Shown piece by piece: positions 1 to 11,561 of a stretch of 64,000 bases of DNA; position 1 is the stretch's first letter, and every line of letters begins with the position of its first letter. The position numbers and the translations under genes are program-made. The stretch comes from Azolla caroliniana. Its lineage: Eukaryota > Plantae > Polypodiophyta. The notes beneath the pieces are model-generated. The model did no database searches, was not told where the DNA came from, and worked only from the letters and a program-made list of their open reading frames with translations. The stretch covers positions 15,252,001-15,316,000 of the forward strand of contig JBHGNT010000012.1 of NCBI GenBank assembly GCA_043228905.1. The letters run 5' to 3'.

Positions 1-453
1 GGATGAAGGGACATATTCATAAATATGTTTCCTGAGAGTCCATCGTGGCTATATTTGTAAATAGCTAAAAAGTCATATTAGTATAAATATGACTTAGGGC
101 AAACTCTTCTTGTCAGTTGTTGTCATTCTTGTTGGTGTAAGATTAGAGTGTGTAACTGTGTACAGAGAGAGTGAGAGAGAGGAAGAGGTTGTTGCCTCCG
201 TTGTAACCGCCGCCTATGGCGAAGATAGCAAGCTCGAGGTCATGGCCTCGGTGCTTTCTTATTGTACATTCTAATATAGCGATAGTTTGCGGTCTGTGGG
301 TTGTTGTGGTTTTTCCCGAGTTCGGGTTTTCCATGTAAACATCCTGTGTACTCTTCTCTCTATTGTGTTGTGGTTTCATTCCTTGTTTTCTGTGTTTGAT
401 TTTAGACTCGGTTGTGGCCGAGCGTTGTTCATCAGGAGCACGTGTTCTTGTCA
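1..453 (+). mobile_element. 3' part of a Copia-family LTR (same family as 21103-21827), cut by the window edge
   Basis: Colinear with the 21103-21827 LTR (gtcatattagtataaatatgacttaggg, gaagatagcaagctcgaggtc, ctcggttgtggccgagc); ends ...TTGTCA at 453 inside another Copia RNase H region. Confidence 0.85.
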
Positions 454-660
454 AAAAATGCCACCTACCACTCGAGAACCAAACACATACAGAGGAGATA
501 CCATTGGCTCTGAGAGTGAGTAGAAGAGAAGGAGTTTTCTCTGACGAAGGTTCATACGACCGAGAATGGATCGGACATGCCGACGAAGGTGTTATCAGCC
601 GAAAAGCTGAACGCATGCCGACAGAGGGTCAGACTGGTGAAGTACTACATGCCGAAGTGA
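454..660 (+). pseudogene. Ty1/Copia RNase H C-terminal remnant followed by a PPT
   Basis: Translates KNATYHSRTKHIQRRYHWL*E*VEEKEFSLTKVHTTENGSDMPTK; followed by GAAGGGGGAG and TGTTGG. Confidence 0.85.
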
Positions 661-670
661 AGGGGGAGTT

Positions 671-1144
671 TGTTGGGAAACAGGTCCCTCCAGATGGGAA
701 GAGAGAAGAACCGAGCTGATGAGGAACTTGGCCTCGGCCGAAACCGAAATCGTGTAGATAGCCAACTTGAGAGACTATATCTGTAAATAGTCTAAATAAG
801 CCTCTGTAGTCCGAAAGTTGTACTAGTATATAAGTAATTGTGAGTTAGTGATCATTATTGTAAGATAGTTAGCACAGGGCAATTGTCTCCGTAACTGTGA
901 GAATGCGTGAGAGAGGGAGAGTGTGGGTAAGTGCAACTCCATAACCGTCTGCTGACGAAGAAGAACTCGAGGTCATTTCCTCTGAGTTTCTTGTTGTACC
1001 CCTCATCATCATAGTGATTTGTTTTTGGAGCAAGTGGACTCTACGTTGTTTTTCCCAGTTCAGGTTTTCACGGTAAAACCTGTGTGTTCTCTATTTTTGC
1101 TATTCTGTTCTTCGGTTTTCTGTCAGAGCGTTATTTCTTGCACA
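671..1144 (+). mobile_element. 3' LTR of that Copia element
   Basis: Starts TGTTGGGAAACAGGTCCCTCC directly after the PPT; ends about ...TTGCACA where minus-strand Copia RT sequence begins; the end is approximate. Confidence 0.7.
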
Positions 1145-2962
1145 CGAACATACAAACAGTAACCGGTTGTGGCCGGTCACGAGCGCAAGAGGTGAAGTAT
1201 ATAAGGCTTCCGACTACCTGTCGGAACCGTTTCAGGTCGCATGTCGTTCCGTATTCGGGGCAAAGCTTCAAATTCCTATCCAGAGGAGTTGAGACACATT
1301 TGCACTTCGTCATAGCGAACTTGAAGAGCATACTCATCACGTAATGTCGTTGGCTAATTAGTATGCCATCAAGGGTACGGATCACTTCGATCCCAAGGAC
1401 GTAATGAAGGTCCCCCAGGTCCTTTATATTGAACGATGCCGCTAATTGGGACTTGACGCAGGTGATTTCCTCTAAGTCGGCGCCGGCGAAGACTAAAACA
1501 TCAACTTAAAGTAGGAGACTTAACGGCCCATTCCGACCTTGCCAGATGAAAAGTGAAGAGTCCAACTTGGATGTAGCATTCCCCATCCGAAGCAGGCTCT
1601 GCGTGATCTTTGCGTTCCAGGCACGCGGGGCTTGCTTTAATCCGTAAAGAGACTTCTTCAACCGGCATACTACCAAAGTATTCATTCCGGACTGAAATCC
1701 AGGTGACTGCACCATGTAGACATGTTCCTCAAGTTCTCCCAGCAGGAACGTGTTCTTCACATCCATCTGGTGCAAGTGCCATCCCTTTTCCGCAGCTACC
1801 GTAAGCAAGACACAAACAGTCGTCATCTTCATGACCGGCGCAAACGTCTCATCGTAGTCGATGTTGTGTTGCTCCGCATCGTCACTAACCAGGCCTTGTA
1901 TCGGTTGACGGAGTCGTAAGAGTTGTACTTGTCCTTGTACACCCATCTGTATCCGATCGACTTTATTCCCCTTGGAACGTCAACCAGATCTCATGTTTTG
2001 TTCTCTACGAGAGCATGCATCTCTTCCTCCATAGCGGTGTCGTGAAGAATTTCGGCCAGAGGCGGAAACCGGGAAATATTGGCTACATTGGCGGGGTGCA
2101 GCATGTGCGCTCACCCTTGTACATTTAGTGTGAATAACGAGGGTGCCTTTATGGCGCCGAAGGGTAATCAAGTCAGGACAAGAATCCCATGTAATAAGGG
2201 ATTTATCCCACGATGCTACGGATCCCTCTCCTTGTTCTATAAAAGGAAGGGAGCGCTCTTGGTGAAGGGGTTGCCCATTTTGGTTGTAGGGTATACCATT
2301 AGAGGAAGAAACATTCTCTCTTCCTCTTTCTTTTCCCTGGTTTTAGGGTTTCTTCTTTTTTTTCCTCTGCTCCTTCTTCATCGTTTTGTGTATCGAGCTG
2401 GGACATCTAGCGTTTCCATGGTTTGCCTGTCCTCTGTGCAAGACCGCGCTCGGCGCGACGAGCCCGAGAGCTCCTCGACCGGCGGCTTGGCAGTAGACGA
2501 CTGTTGCAACCTGAGCTACTTAGGTCGGGCTCGATGCCAGTATTGTATCTTATTCTTGTAATATATGTGTGGAGGGTTCTGCGTATCAGTGTTTGTGTGG
2601 GTGTTTTGGTGTTCTCTTACCTCCATTTCTGTACATAAGGGCGTGAGCTGGGTCGGTGTGGTGCATGTGTGTGTGTGTGTGTGTGTGTGAGTCGGTGTCA
2701 AGCACGCGCTCTCTCTCTTTCTCTCTCTCGTTCGGTTGCTTCCGGAACGAGTCCGGAATCGTCTTCTTGGCTTCCCTTCTTCCCTCGTCTAAGGCCCCCG
2801 TGGTCCTGCCCTTCTACACGCGCGTAATAACGCGACATATTTGGTGAACCCGACATGAAGGGAGGCAAGGGAGAATGGAGCTGGAAGAAGATGTGAATGA
2901 AGGTGAGGGAGTTTGCACGGGCAACAACAAGATGAGAGTTAGCGCAGCAAGCGATTGAGCGG

Positions 2963-4021
2963 GTGGTGAATCGAGTTGGTCGTTTCAATGGGGACAAGGT
3001 CCCATTTTACTTGGAAGCCTACAATGCGGAAATGGAAGTGTGTGGCGTAGACGAGGCGTTGAGGCTAGAGTTCTTCTGTCGGGTCGTAGCGGTCCGGATG
3101 CATGCGGAAGTAAAGGAGCTCCGTGAGGCTCATAGTTCGTGGGAGGCCTTCGAAGAGGCGCTCCTGAAGGCATACGGAGGGCGGCCGAAAGGCCGGGGAA
3201 GGTGTGACTTCGACTAATGGATATCGTCGGCGAAGACCCACCGGGGCGCAATGAAGGCGTTCCAAGAGTACAAGCGGCGTCTTGCTCGGCTCCCGGAGCG
3301 GGAACAAGGTTTTGTGGGGCCGGACAAAGTCCTGTTGTTCGTTAAGTCGATCGACCGAGCGGAACAAGAGGCCATCGGGATTGAGCTCGAAGACGAGGAC
3401 GAAGCGAATGGCCTCACCGAGGATTGGTCGAAGGTCGGAAGTGTGTGCCAACGGCTAGATGACAAGCGAGCCGAGAAGGCTAAGAGGAAGGCGCGTGACG
3501 GCGTGCCATCACAGCGGGAAGAGGCCGAACGACAAAGAGAGTCCGCAAGGGTCGGCGTTGGGGCCAGGATTGCGGAGGTGTACGTAACTCTCGAGGCGAT
3601 GCTCAAGGAAGAGGAAAGATGGAGGCCGCAAGCCGAGACCGAGGAGATGGACTTGCCCCACGTGATGGCGGAAGACTAGTACGACGGTACCACGGGAGAG
3701 GGTGTGGAACATAACGCCCTCTCGACTTGCGGAGAATTGCCGACTGAGTACAAGGTCGGGAGCAGAGAAGAGCCCTCCACGCGGATTCCGGAGACTCCGG
3801 TGGTCGAGCCCGTGTGCCGACATGAGACCGAAGAGAAGGAAGGCGCTGACGAGGAGTCCTGGCATGATGCCAGCGAAGAGGGATGGGAAACGGCCTGCGA
3901 GGAGGCCAAGGATGGAGGCGGCACGGAAAGATCGGCATTCCGATTCGGATGGAGCGTGATCCGGATGAGGATGACTCGACCGAAACCGGCCCAAGGCGCG
4001 AAAGACCAGGGAGGGCTATAG
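2963..4021 (+). pseudogene. Gag-like ORF with premature stops
   Basis: GRFNGDKVPFYLEAY...KVLLFVKSID...GLTEDWSKV aligns with the Gags at 12237 and 43249; in-frame stops at 3215 and 3677. Confidence 0.8.
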
Positions 4022-4468
4022 AGCCCGATTGGTAGGGCTCGGTTCTATACAATAGTGCCGGCACGGAAGAGGGTGCAAAACAAATCGTCCTCTTTTACAT
4101 GAGGACACAAGCCGGCCATGCAAAGGCCGCAATTCGGGAAGCTAGCGATCGAGGTTGCGGAGAGAGACCGGCAGGTTTCGGACACGGCTGCCCGAAACTC
4201 CGGACATTGGCGAATCAAGTGCAGGCGGTACTTGATTGATCGAAGTCCAAATGCTTCTCACCGAACGTGCTTGGGAGCGGTACCCCGAACGAGCGTCTGC
4301 AAATCATTACGGGACGAAAACACCATGTCTTATCCGGAGACTTAGGCAGCCGGCAACGAGTGCCAGCGTGAGACCTGGAGAGATGGGAGATGGAGGCTGG
4401 TATGCGAGAAGGAGAGCAACGATGAGTTTGGGAGAAGTACAAAGGATGAAGAGGAGAATGAAGACCAG

Positions 4469-5819
4469 TGTCGTGAAAATACGACAAGGATACATGAACA
4501 TTGAGGCAAGACCCCGAGGCCTTTGACTAGAGGATATCAAATTCATGTATTTATGTACTAAGAATTAACCGAAATGAGAAAGATTAACAAATTTCATTAA
4601 CAAGTAGAAAGAAAGATTACGATTAATCCCAAGATTGGGATTACAAAAAGTTTGCTAATGGAGATGGCTAGAGTAATAGATTAGAGGAAATTAAGATATG
4701 AATTCTATAGAAAATTAGGGTTTTTGGTTTTGATAAGAGATTATGGTTTTATGAGTTAAATAGCTTCCATATGGAAATTTAGGGTTATGAGTAAGATATG
4801 GCTTCCGTAAGGAAATTAGGGTTTACTTGAGAGATATGGCTTTCGTAAGGAAATTAGGGTTTACTTGAGAGATATGGCTTCGATAAGAAAATTAGGGTTT
4901 ACTTGAGAGATATGGCTTCGATAAGATAGGGGACCCCAGAAGGAAAAGAAAAACAATATAATATATGGAGAGGTTGAGTGTAGGAAAAAAAATGGAATTT
5001 TATATGGAGTTCTCCCTTGATCATCTGCATGTCCACTTTTTGTTGCATGGCCTCTACTTTTAGTTGCTTAGCTTTTTCTTTTAGTTGCATCTATTTTTAG
5101 TGGCATGACTTTTTCGTTTAGTTGCATGTGACCGTCCACATGACCTTTACTTTTTGCATGCACTCCAACTTTAGTTGCTTGCGTCCACATGGCCTTTACT
5201 TTAGTTCTCTTCACTTTACTTTAGTTTGTTGTATGATCCAATCTTCCGTCCGTCTGCGTCCAACCTCGTCTGGTAGCCGGTTCCGCCCGATCGCCGAATC
5301 CCTCGCCCTTTCGATTCCATTTTGCTTGTTTGTCGGTTCCGGTTCCGGTTTGCTTGCTGGTTCCGTTTCTGGTTTTGCTTGCCGGTCGGTTCCGGTTTCG
5401 GTTCCGGTTTTGCTTACCGACCGGTTTCTGAATTTGCTTACCGAACCGATTTTTGAATTTGCTTATCGGCCGGTTTCTGGATTTGTTTACCGGCCGGTTT
5501 CCGGTTTTAGGGAATTTAGCCATCATCATCCATCAAGACAAAGTGGCTAAAGTTCTCTTAGCACACATGAAAAATGAGGGAGCTCAAGGTGCTTATATAG
5601 ACAGGGCCTTAACTTTCCTATCTATGTGGATATTTCTAATTTCCCTATCTTCTGAAACTTTATTTTCACATAACTTGATATGTATTTCTCCATTTTGTAT
5701 ATAGTAAAAAACGTTTTGAAGCTCTTGAGTATATCCATCTTTCTATAGTAAGCTACTAATCTAATCTATAATAATTATTTCATTATTTTTTTATATAGTG
5801 TGAGAATATTCACACGACA
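4469..5819. mobile_element. Solo LTR (1351 bp) of the TGTCG...CGACA group
   Basis: Termini TGTCGTG...CACGACA, flanks CCAG/CCGG, AT-rich with internal tandem repeats, interrupts the GC-rich host element. Confidence 0.75.
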
Positions 5820-7760
5820 CCGGTCCTACGGAGATCCTCACACCGATTCGGCTGTCGGCTCGAGTGTCGGCGTGTCTCCTATAGGAGAGATCGATGGCGA
5901 TAGGAGAACGAAACCCGACAATCCAGAGAATGACGGACCAGAACCAGGCGGAGCGGACTTCCGGATAACCATTCCGGGAGGGAGGAAGAGGAGGCCTACG
6001 AAGAGGCCGGGGACACGGTACGTCAGTACCACGGGAGAGGGTGTGGAGCGAGCCACCCTCTCGGCTTGCAAAAGAAGGAAGACCCAGGATAAGGGTCAGA
6101 GATACTACGAGCCCGAGGAGGATCCTTCACATCGGTTCTAGAGACTCCGGCGGTCGGCCTAGAGTGATGATCGGTAGCGGCGAGGTGACGAAGGCAAAGA
6201 ACTGCAGATGAGCGGTTTGTGAAGATCCTCACACCGATCCGGCTGTCGGTCGAAGTGCCGGTGTGAGTTCTATAGGAGAGATCGGTGGCGGCAGGTGAAC
6301 GCGACCAACCGAAGAGGCCGATGCGGAGGACGGAGGAGACAAGCGACGGTGCCGCGACCTTACACACACCGGCCCTAGAGGCCTCGGCGGTTGGCCCGAG
6401 TGCCGACGTGAGACCTAGAGCGACGGGCGGTGGCGGCGGCAAGGCGGGCAAACTGAGGTCCCACGAAGATCCTCACACCGATCCGGTTGTCGGCCCGAGT
6501 GCCAGCGTGAGTCCTATAGGAGAGGACGGTGGCGGTAGGTGAACGTGATCGGACGACGGAAGCAAACAAAGAAGGTATCAGGCCGGCGAAGTGGCTACAA
6601 ACCGAATCGGACCTACTGGCAAGGTCAGTGGGCATAAGGAAGTCTGGTCCTACGGGATCCCCACACCGAACCAGAGACTCCGGCAGTTCGGCCAACGTGG
6701 CAACATGAGACTGAGAGAGAAGGTTGGTGGCGGCGGGAAACGGGACCCGGCAACACGAAGGCGGGACCCGGCTACGCGGAAGACACAAGGAGAGTCGCAA
6801 AGGACTCCGACAAAAGACACCCGAATTTTGGCAAGCAGAGAAACGGAGTCCGGTCCTATGGGACCCTCACACCGATCCGGAGACTCCGGCAATTCGGCCA
6901 ATGTGGCAACGTGAGACCTAGGGAGAAGGACGGTGGCGGCAGGGAATGGGACCCAACGACACGAGATAGCGGATCGAGAGTCAGTAAGACGGGGGCGAAC
7001 GAAGTGTGAAACCCTTACTGGCCGGTTACGGTTTCGGAAGGAGCCGGTAGGGCAAACACGGCCAGGTGTGTCAGGCCGGAAAGGCACACCTGGGACGGAA
7101 CAAGAGTCTCGCAAGTGGCCATCGCGGGCCGATCGAAGCATGACTATGGGACGGTGTTCGGCACGGGTGGTGCCGAACAAAGGAAGCGGAAGACGGCACA
7201 AGGGAGGTGCCGGGAACGAGGTGACGGGTGCATAGTGGACTACACAGGGTTGGAGTCAGGGGATGACAAGGGGGTCTGGAGGAGTATCCTCCACACTCGC
7301 TTCGTAGATCTCGGTAGCTCAGTCAGAGTAGCGAAGACTGACATGGCAAGCCCGGGATGACAAGCTGGTGGGGGCGAGGGGACGACGACAAGCGGAAGAC
7401 TCGGGACCTGTTGCAGCAGTGCAAGGCGAAAAGGGCCAAGCAGGCTACTACGGGGTGTTCCTCGGATGCGAAGGACACCGGTATGTGGATGAGCGGTGAT
7501 GCACGATCTGGCCGGGAAAGAGGCCGACAAGGCGTGCAAAGAACCGGAGTGCAGCACAGGCAGTGCCAAACAACGAATGAGGATGCGGTACACGGAGGTG
7601 TCGGAGCGGAAAGGCGAGCGCGAAGAATGGGTTGCACAGTTCGGAGGTCGCGCGTAGAAGACCGGAGAAGGATCCTCCACACCGTTCCAAAGACCTTGGC
7701 GGTCCGAGCCGACCTGGCGACGTAAGACCAAGGAGAAGGAAGGTGGCGGCAAGGGGACGA
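5820..7760 (+). repeat. Degenerate dispersed ~0.1-0.3 kb repeats in the internal region of the gag-only element
   Basis: Recurrent gatcctcacaccgatccgg / gagactccggc / acgtgagacc...ggtggcggc blocks at about 5834, 6121, 6224, 6468, 6656, 6863, 7286, 7671. Confidence 0.7.
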
Positions 7761-8975
7761 AGGCTGCGGGAAACAACATGGGACGACAATCAGGACAACA
7801 CGAATGGTTGACGGAGGCCAAGCGGGCCACTACGGGCGTTCCTCAAGCGGAGGACATCAGGCATACGGCGGAGAGTGGAGCGTGCATACGGCCGAACAAG
7901 GGCCAGCGGAAGTACACGTACCATGGAGATCGCGACGAAGGACCCATCGATGGGTCGAACGAGCCTACGGGGAGGTAAGTGCGAAGGAAGAACCGAAGCC
8001 GACGATTAGCACCGGCAGTGAGCCGGGATGCGGATTACGGAAGACTGGTTTCTCACCGGCCGAAATCTCTCACCCTTCATCGGATTTGGCACGTACCGAT
8101 GGACGTGCGGTTTGGTGGGGGCGGATGTTGTGAAGAATTTCGGCCAGAGGCAGAAACCGAGAAATATTGGCTACATCGACGGGGTGCAGCATGTGCGCTC
8201 ACCCTTGTACATTTAGTTTTAGGGTTTCTTCTTTTTTTTCCTCTACTCCTTCTTCGTCGTTCTGTGTATCGAGCCAGGACATCTAGCGTTTCCGTTGTCT
8301 GCCCATCCTCTGTGCAAGGCCCCGCTCGGCGCGACGAGCTCGAGAGCTCCCCAACCGGCGGCTAGTAGACGACTGTTGCAACCTGAGCTACTTATGTCAG
8401 GCTCGATGCTAGTATTGTATCTTATTCTTGTAATATATGTGTGGAGGGTTCTGCGTATCGGTGTCTGTGTGGGTGTTTTGGTGTTCTCTTAGCTCTGTTT
8501 CTGTACATAAGGGCGTGAGCTGGGTCGGTGTGGTGCATGTGTGTGTGTGTGTGAATCGGTGTCAAGCGTGCGCTCTCTCTCTTTCTCTCTCTCGTTCGGT
8601 TGCTTCCGGAATGCGTCCGGAATCGTCTTCTCCGCTTCCATTCTTCCCTCGTCCGAGACCCCCGTGGTCCCGCCCTTCTACACGCACGCGCGTAATAACG
8701 CGATAGCGGCATGCTAGTTTGCATCTCTACATAGCTCTTCGGTTCACGCACTTTCGCCACCTTTGTCATGTACGCATAGTCATGATGCACCATGTAGTCG
8801 TTATATTCATATCGAACTACGGGGTTCTTTTGGCGAGTAGATCTGTGCAATTTCTGCTCTACCGATTTGATGTCCCTATTGACCAACTCCGAGCTCTTCT
8901 CCGGAGGTCCATCTTCAAGCTTTTCGGAGTCAGATTCGCTCTGATCCGGCTCCTCCTTGTCTGTGTCGTACTCTG

Positions 8976-9269
8976 TGCGGGATATGTTGTTCTAAATGTA
9001 TGTGGAAGTATGTGAGGAGTTGTCGGTTATGCACACTAGACAATACAAATAGTATGACAAAGAAAATAGTAGATAGACAAGCTCGAAGCTTTAATGGAAG
9101 CTCTCGTTATTTCTATTCTCTCTCACTCTACAAGACTCAAGATACAAGAATGATCAAGCAACCCATATTAGAACGCTAGGTTAGGACTTATATACTCAAG
9201 CCCTAACTATTGGACGTGTTCACACTAGTAAGGATACAAAGTGGAAGGAGTCGTCCTTTTATGCCAACA
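8976..9269. mobile_element. Short solo LTR (294 bp), probably Copia/TRIM type
   Basis: TG...CA termini with perfect 5-bp TSD CTCTG; interrupts the Copia INT-RT linker. Confidence 0.75.
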
Positions 9270-9767
9270 CTCTGTCATCTTCATCTTTCCTTTTTCCTTG
9301 TGCGTAAGCCATATCCTCGGCTTCCGACGTGGGAATAGCACGACCGAGTCTCCACTACTCGCCGATTCATCATCCTGCTGGTCTTTCCGACTCGGCTCTT
9401 CATTCGTCCCGCTCAACCGGAATGAGATCAGACTCTCTTCTAGAACTCCGATTTCTTCTTCGTTCAAAGGCATTTCAACCTCACTAACCTCGTCTTTAGA
9501 GATCGGAATGGAGTTGTCGGGGGAGACGAGGGCAAGTACCATGACACTGAATCATCAAACACAACATCTCGACTAACCCGGACCTGTTTGGTTCAGGGGT
9601 TATAACATTTATAACCCTTCTGCTCGTCTGAGTAGCCGACGAGAATGCACTTCTTGACTTTCGCATCTAGCTTCCTCCGCTTCTCCTTCGGCACATGCAC
9701 ATAGGCAATGTTTCCAAACACCCTCAAGTGTCCCAGATTCGGTTTCTTCCCGAAATACAACTCATCT

Positions 9768-11032
9768 TGTGACACTCCACTTTTTTAAGATTGCTTAAAG
9801 TGTGCGGCACTTCATCGGGGGTTGTTTGGGGTGGACTCAAGTTTAGATCTTATTTGTATGTCTAAACATAAGTAATGATATAGTTTTAGGGGAATAGAAA
9901 AGTGAGGGCATGGGTGGGGGTTAAGGGAGTGTAGCTTGTTGAAGATATCAAAAGTATTTAAACCTAATCAAAGTTTTTAGAACATATTAAAGATCATTGG
10001 GATAACTTAAGTTATTAGACACCAATAGAGTATTATTAAAACACCAATATAGAGTATTATTAAAATGGGACCACACGCTTAGATGAAAGGGAGTTGTTTA
10101 AACACATGCTTAAACAAACACTTAAAAGAAAGATTATTATAAAAAAATAAAAATAAAAAAGAGAGATTGAGAATAAAAAATGATTATGGTTAAGATGGGA
10201 TTACGATTAAGGGGGAAGAGGCTGCTAAAACAAAGTACTTAAACGAATGTTTAAACAAATACTTAGATAAGAAAACACTTGGGCAAACACTTAAAGCAAG
10301 GTTATGATTAAAAGAGAAGGGAGGGATTATGGTTAAAGAAAAGGGGTCATGGCTAAGAAGAGAATGATTATGATTAAGAGAGGAGAATACTTAAACAATT
10401 TTAAACAAAAAGTTAGACCAAAAAATGATTGAACAAGTACTTAAAAAAAAGGGGGGGGTTAAACAAGTACGTAATAAAAATGATTATTAAACAAGTACTT
10501 AATAGAAAATGATTAAATAAATACTTAAAAACTTAAGACAAAAAAAAATTGACAAAAAAGTGATTAAACAAGTACTTAAAAAATTGATTAATTAAGTACT
10601 TAAGAACTTAAGACAAAAAATTAGATAAGAGCAACACATAGAAGAAAACAAAGTTTTACTATCATAAGGCAACGATCGGCAAATGCATTTCACCTCGATG
10701 GAGGCTCTTCAGTGCCCGATGTACAAATGATAAAAACTAAGCCTACTAGGTTGCTCTTTTTATAGGGAGAGGGAGGAGAGTCCTTTGTATGTGGGACATA
10801 CAAAAGTGTGTACAAAAGGAAGGTAAAAGAGTGTACACAAGACTTTAGGTGGGGGTTAAGAGGGGTGAGAATACATAAAACATTAGGTGGGGGGAAAGGA
10901 TAAGTGTACTAGGTGGTTTCTTAGTTTTTTACCATTTAGCCAACACGTGAGAGGGGGTGTAAGGGAATTGTATTGTGGTTGTCCTAGAAGGGGTTTAAGT
11001 TTCCTCATGATGGGAAGGCCATTGACGGCACA
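9768..11032. mobile_element. AT-rich insertion, possibly an LTR, with TTAAACAAGTAC-type short repeats
   Basis: Begins TGTGACA, ends GGCACA, interrupts the Copia integrase; no clean TSD found. Confidence 0.4.
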
Positions 11033-11561
11033 ATCCTATTCGAGTTAGAGGCTTGCTTTCAGGATACGTCGTTATCGTATCCGGTTCCAGACCCTTTATT
11101 TAATAAGTCCGCAACCTTACGCATCATCGGGAGCACTTTTCTTTTCTCGGGAAAAAAAGCCTGAACCATACCTTCAAGATTGAACGACCCGAGGGACTAA
11201 CTGCCTGCCTGCAGAGATTGCACTTCCCAACTTTCTTTGGGAAAGGGATTGCCAAGAATTTGGTAGAAGAGTTCGAATGGTTCTGGGAACAATAGAAAGA
11301 CGCTTTGGTTGCCATCGGACAACCTAAAGACCCGAACAGGGTTGATTTATATAAATCTGGTAATAGTGAAGATAGTTTGTAGTTTGATATGAAGCAATCG
11401 TACACCGTCGTATAGAGTGGTAGGTCCTTATACACTCTCTTAAAATGGTTAACAACCAAAGCAACTGCTTTTGGTGAATGAAGGGTTTAGACGACAGTTC
11501 GGACTGCTTCGGCCTAGTAAAACTTCGGCAAATGCTTCTCTTCAAGCATCTCTTATGCCGC

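Larger units (their letters stand above)
2038..8705 (+). mobile_element. Non-autonomous gag-only LTR element of the tRNA-Trp-primed group (decayed); LTRs 2038-2837 and 8126-8705
   Basis: Direct-repeat LTRs (3' copy has a ~0.2 kb deletion), PBS TGGTGAACCCGACATGA 2842-2858, PPT GGTGGGGGCGGA, 4-bp TSD GCGG; removing it restores the Copia AAMEEEMHA motif; no pol motifs. Confidence 0.9.

Noticed and set aside
4705-4935. Interstitial telomere array
   Set aside because: TTAGGG occurs singly within ~38-bp units, not as tandem TTTAGGG
5800-8133. Numerous overlapping 60-200 aa ORFs
   Set aside because: By-products of GC-rich repeats in a non-autonomous element; no recognisable domains
11124-11459. 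111-aa ORF as an organellar ribosomal-protein fragment
   Set aside because: No motif could be confirmed; left as an unexplained insert
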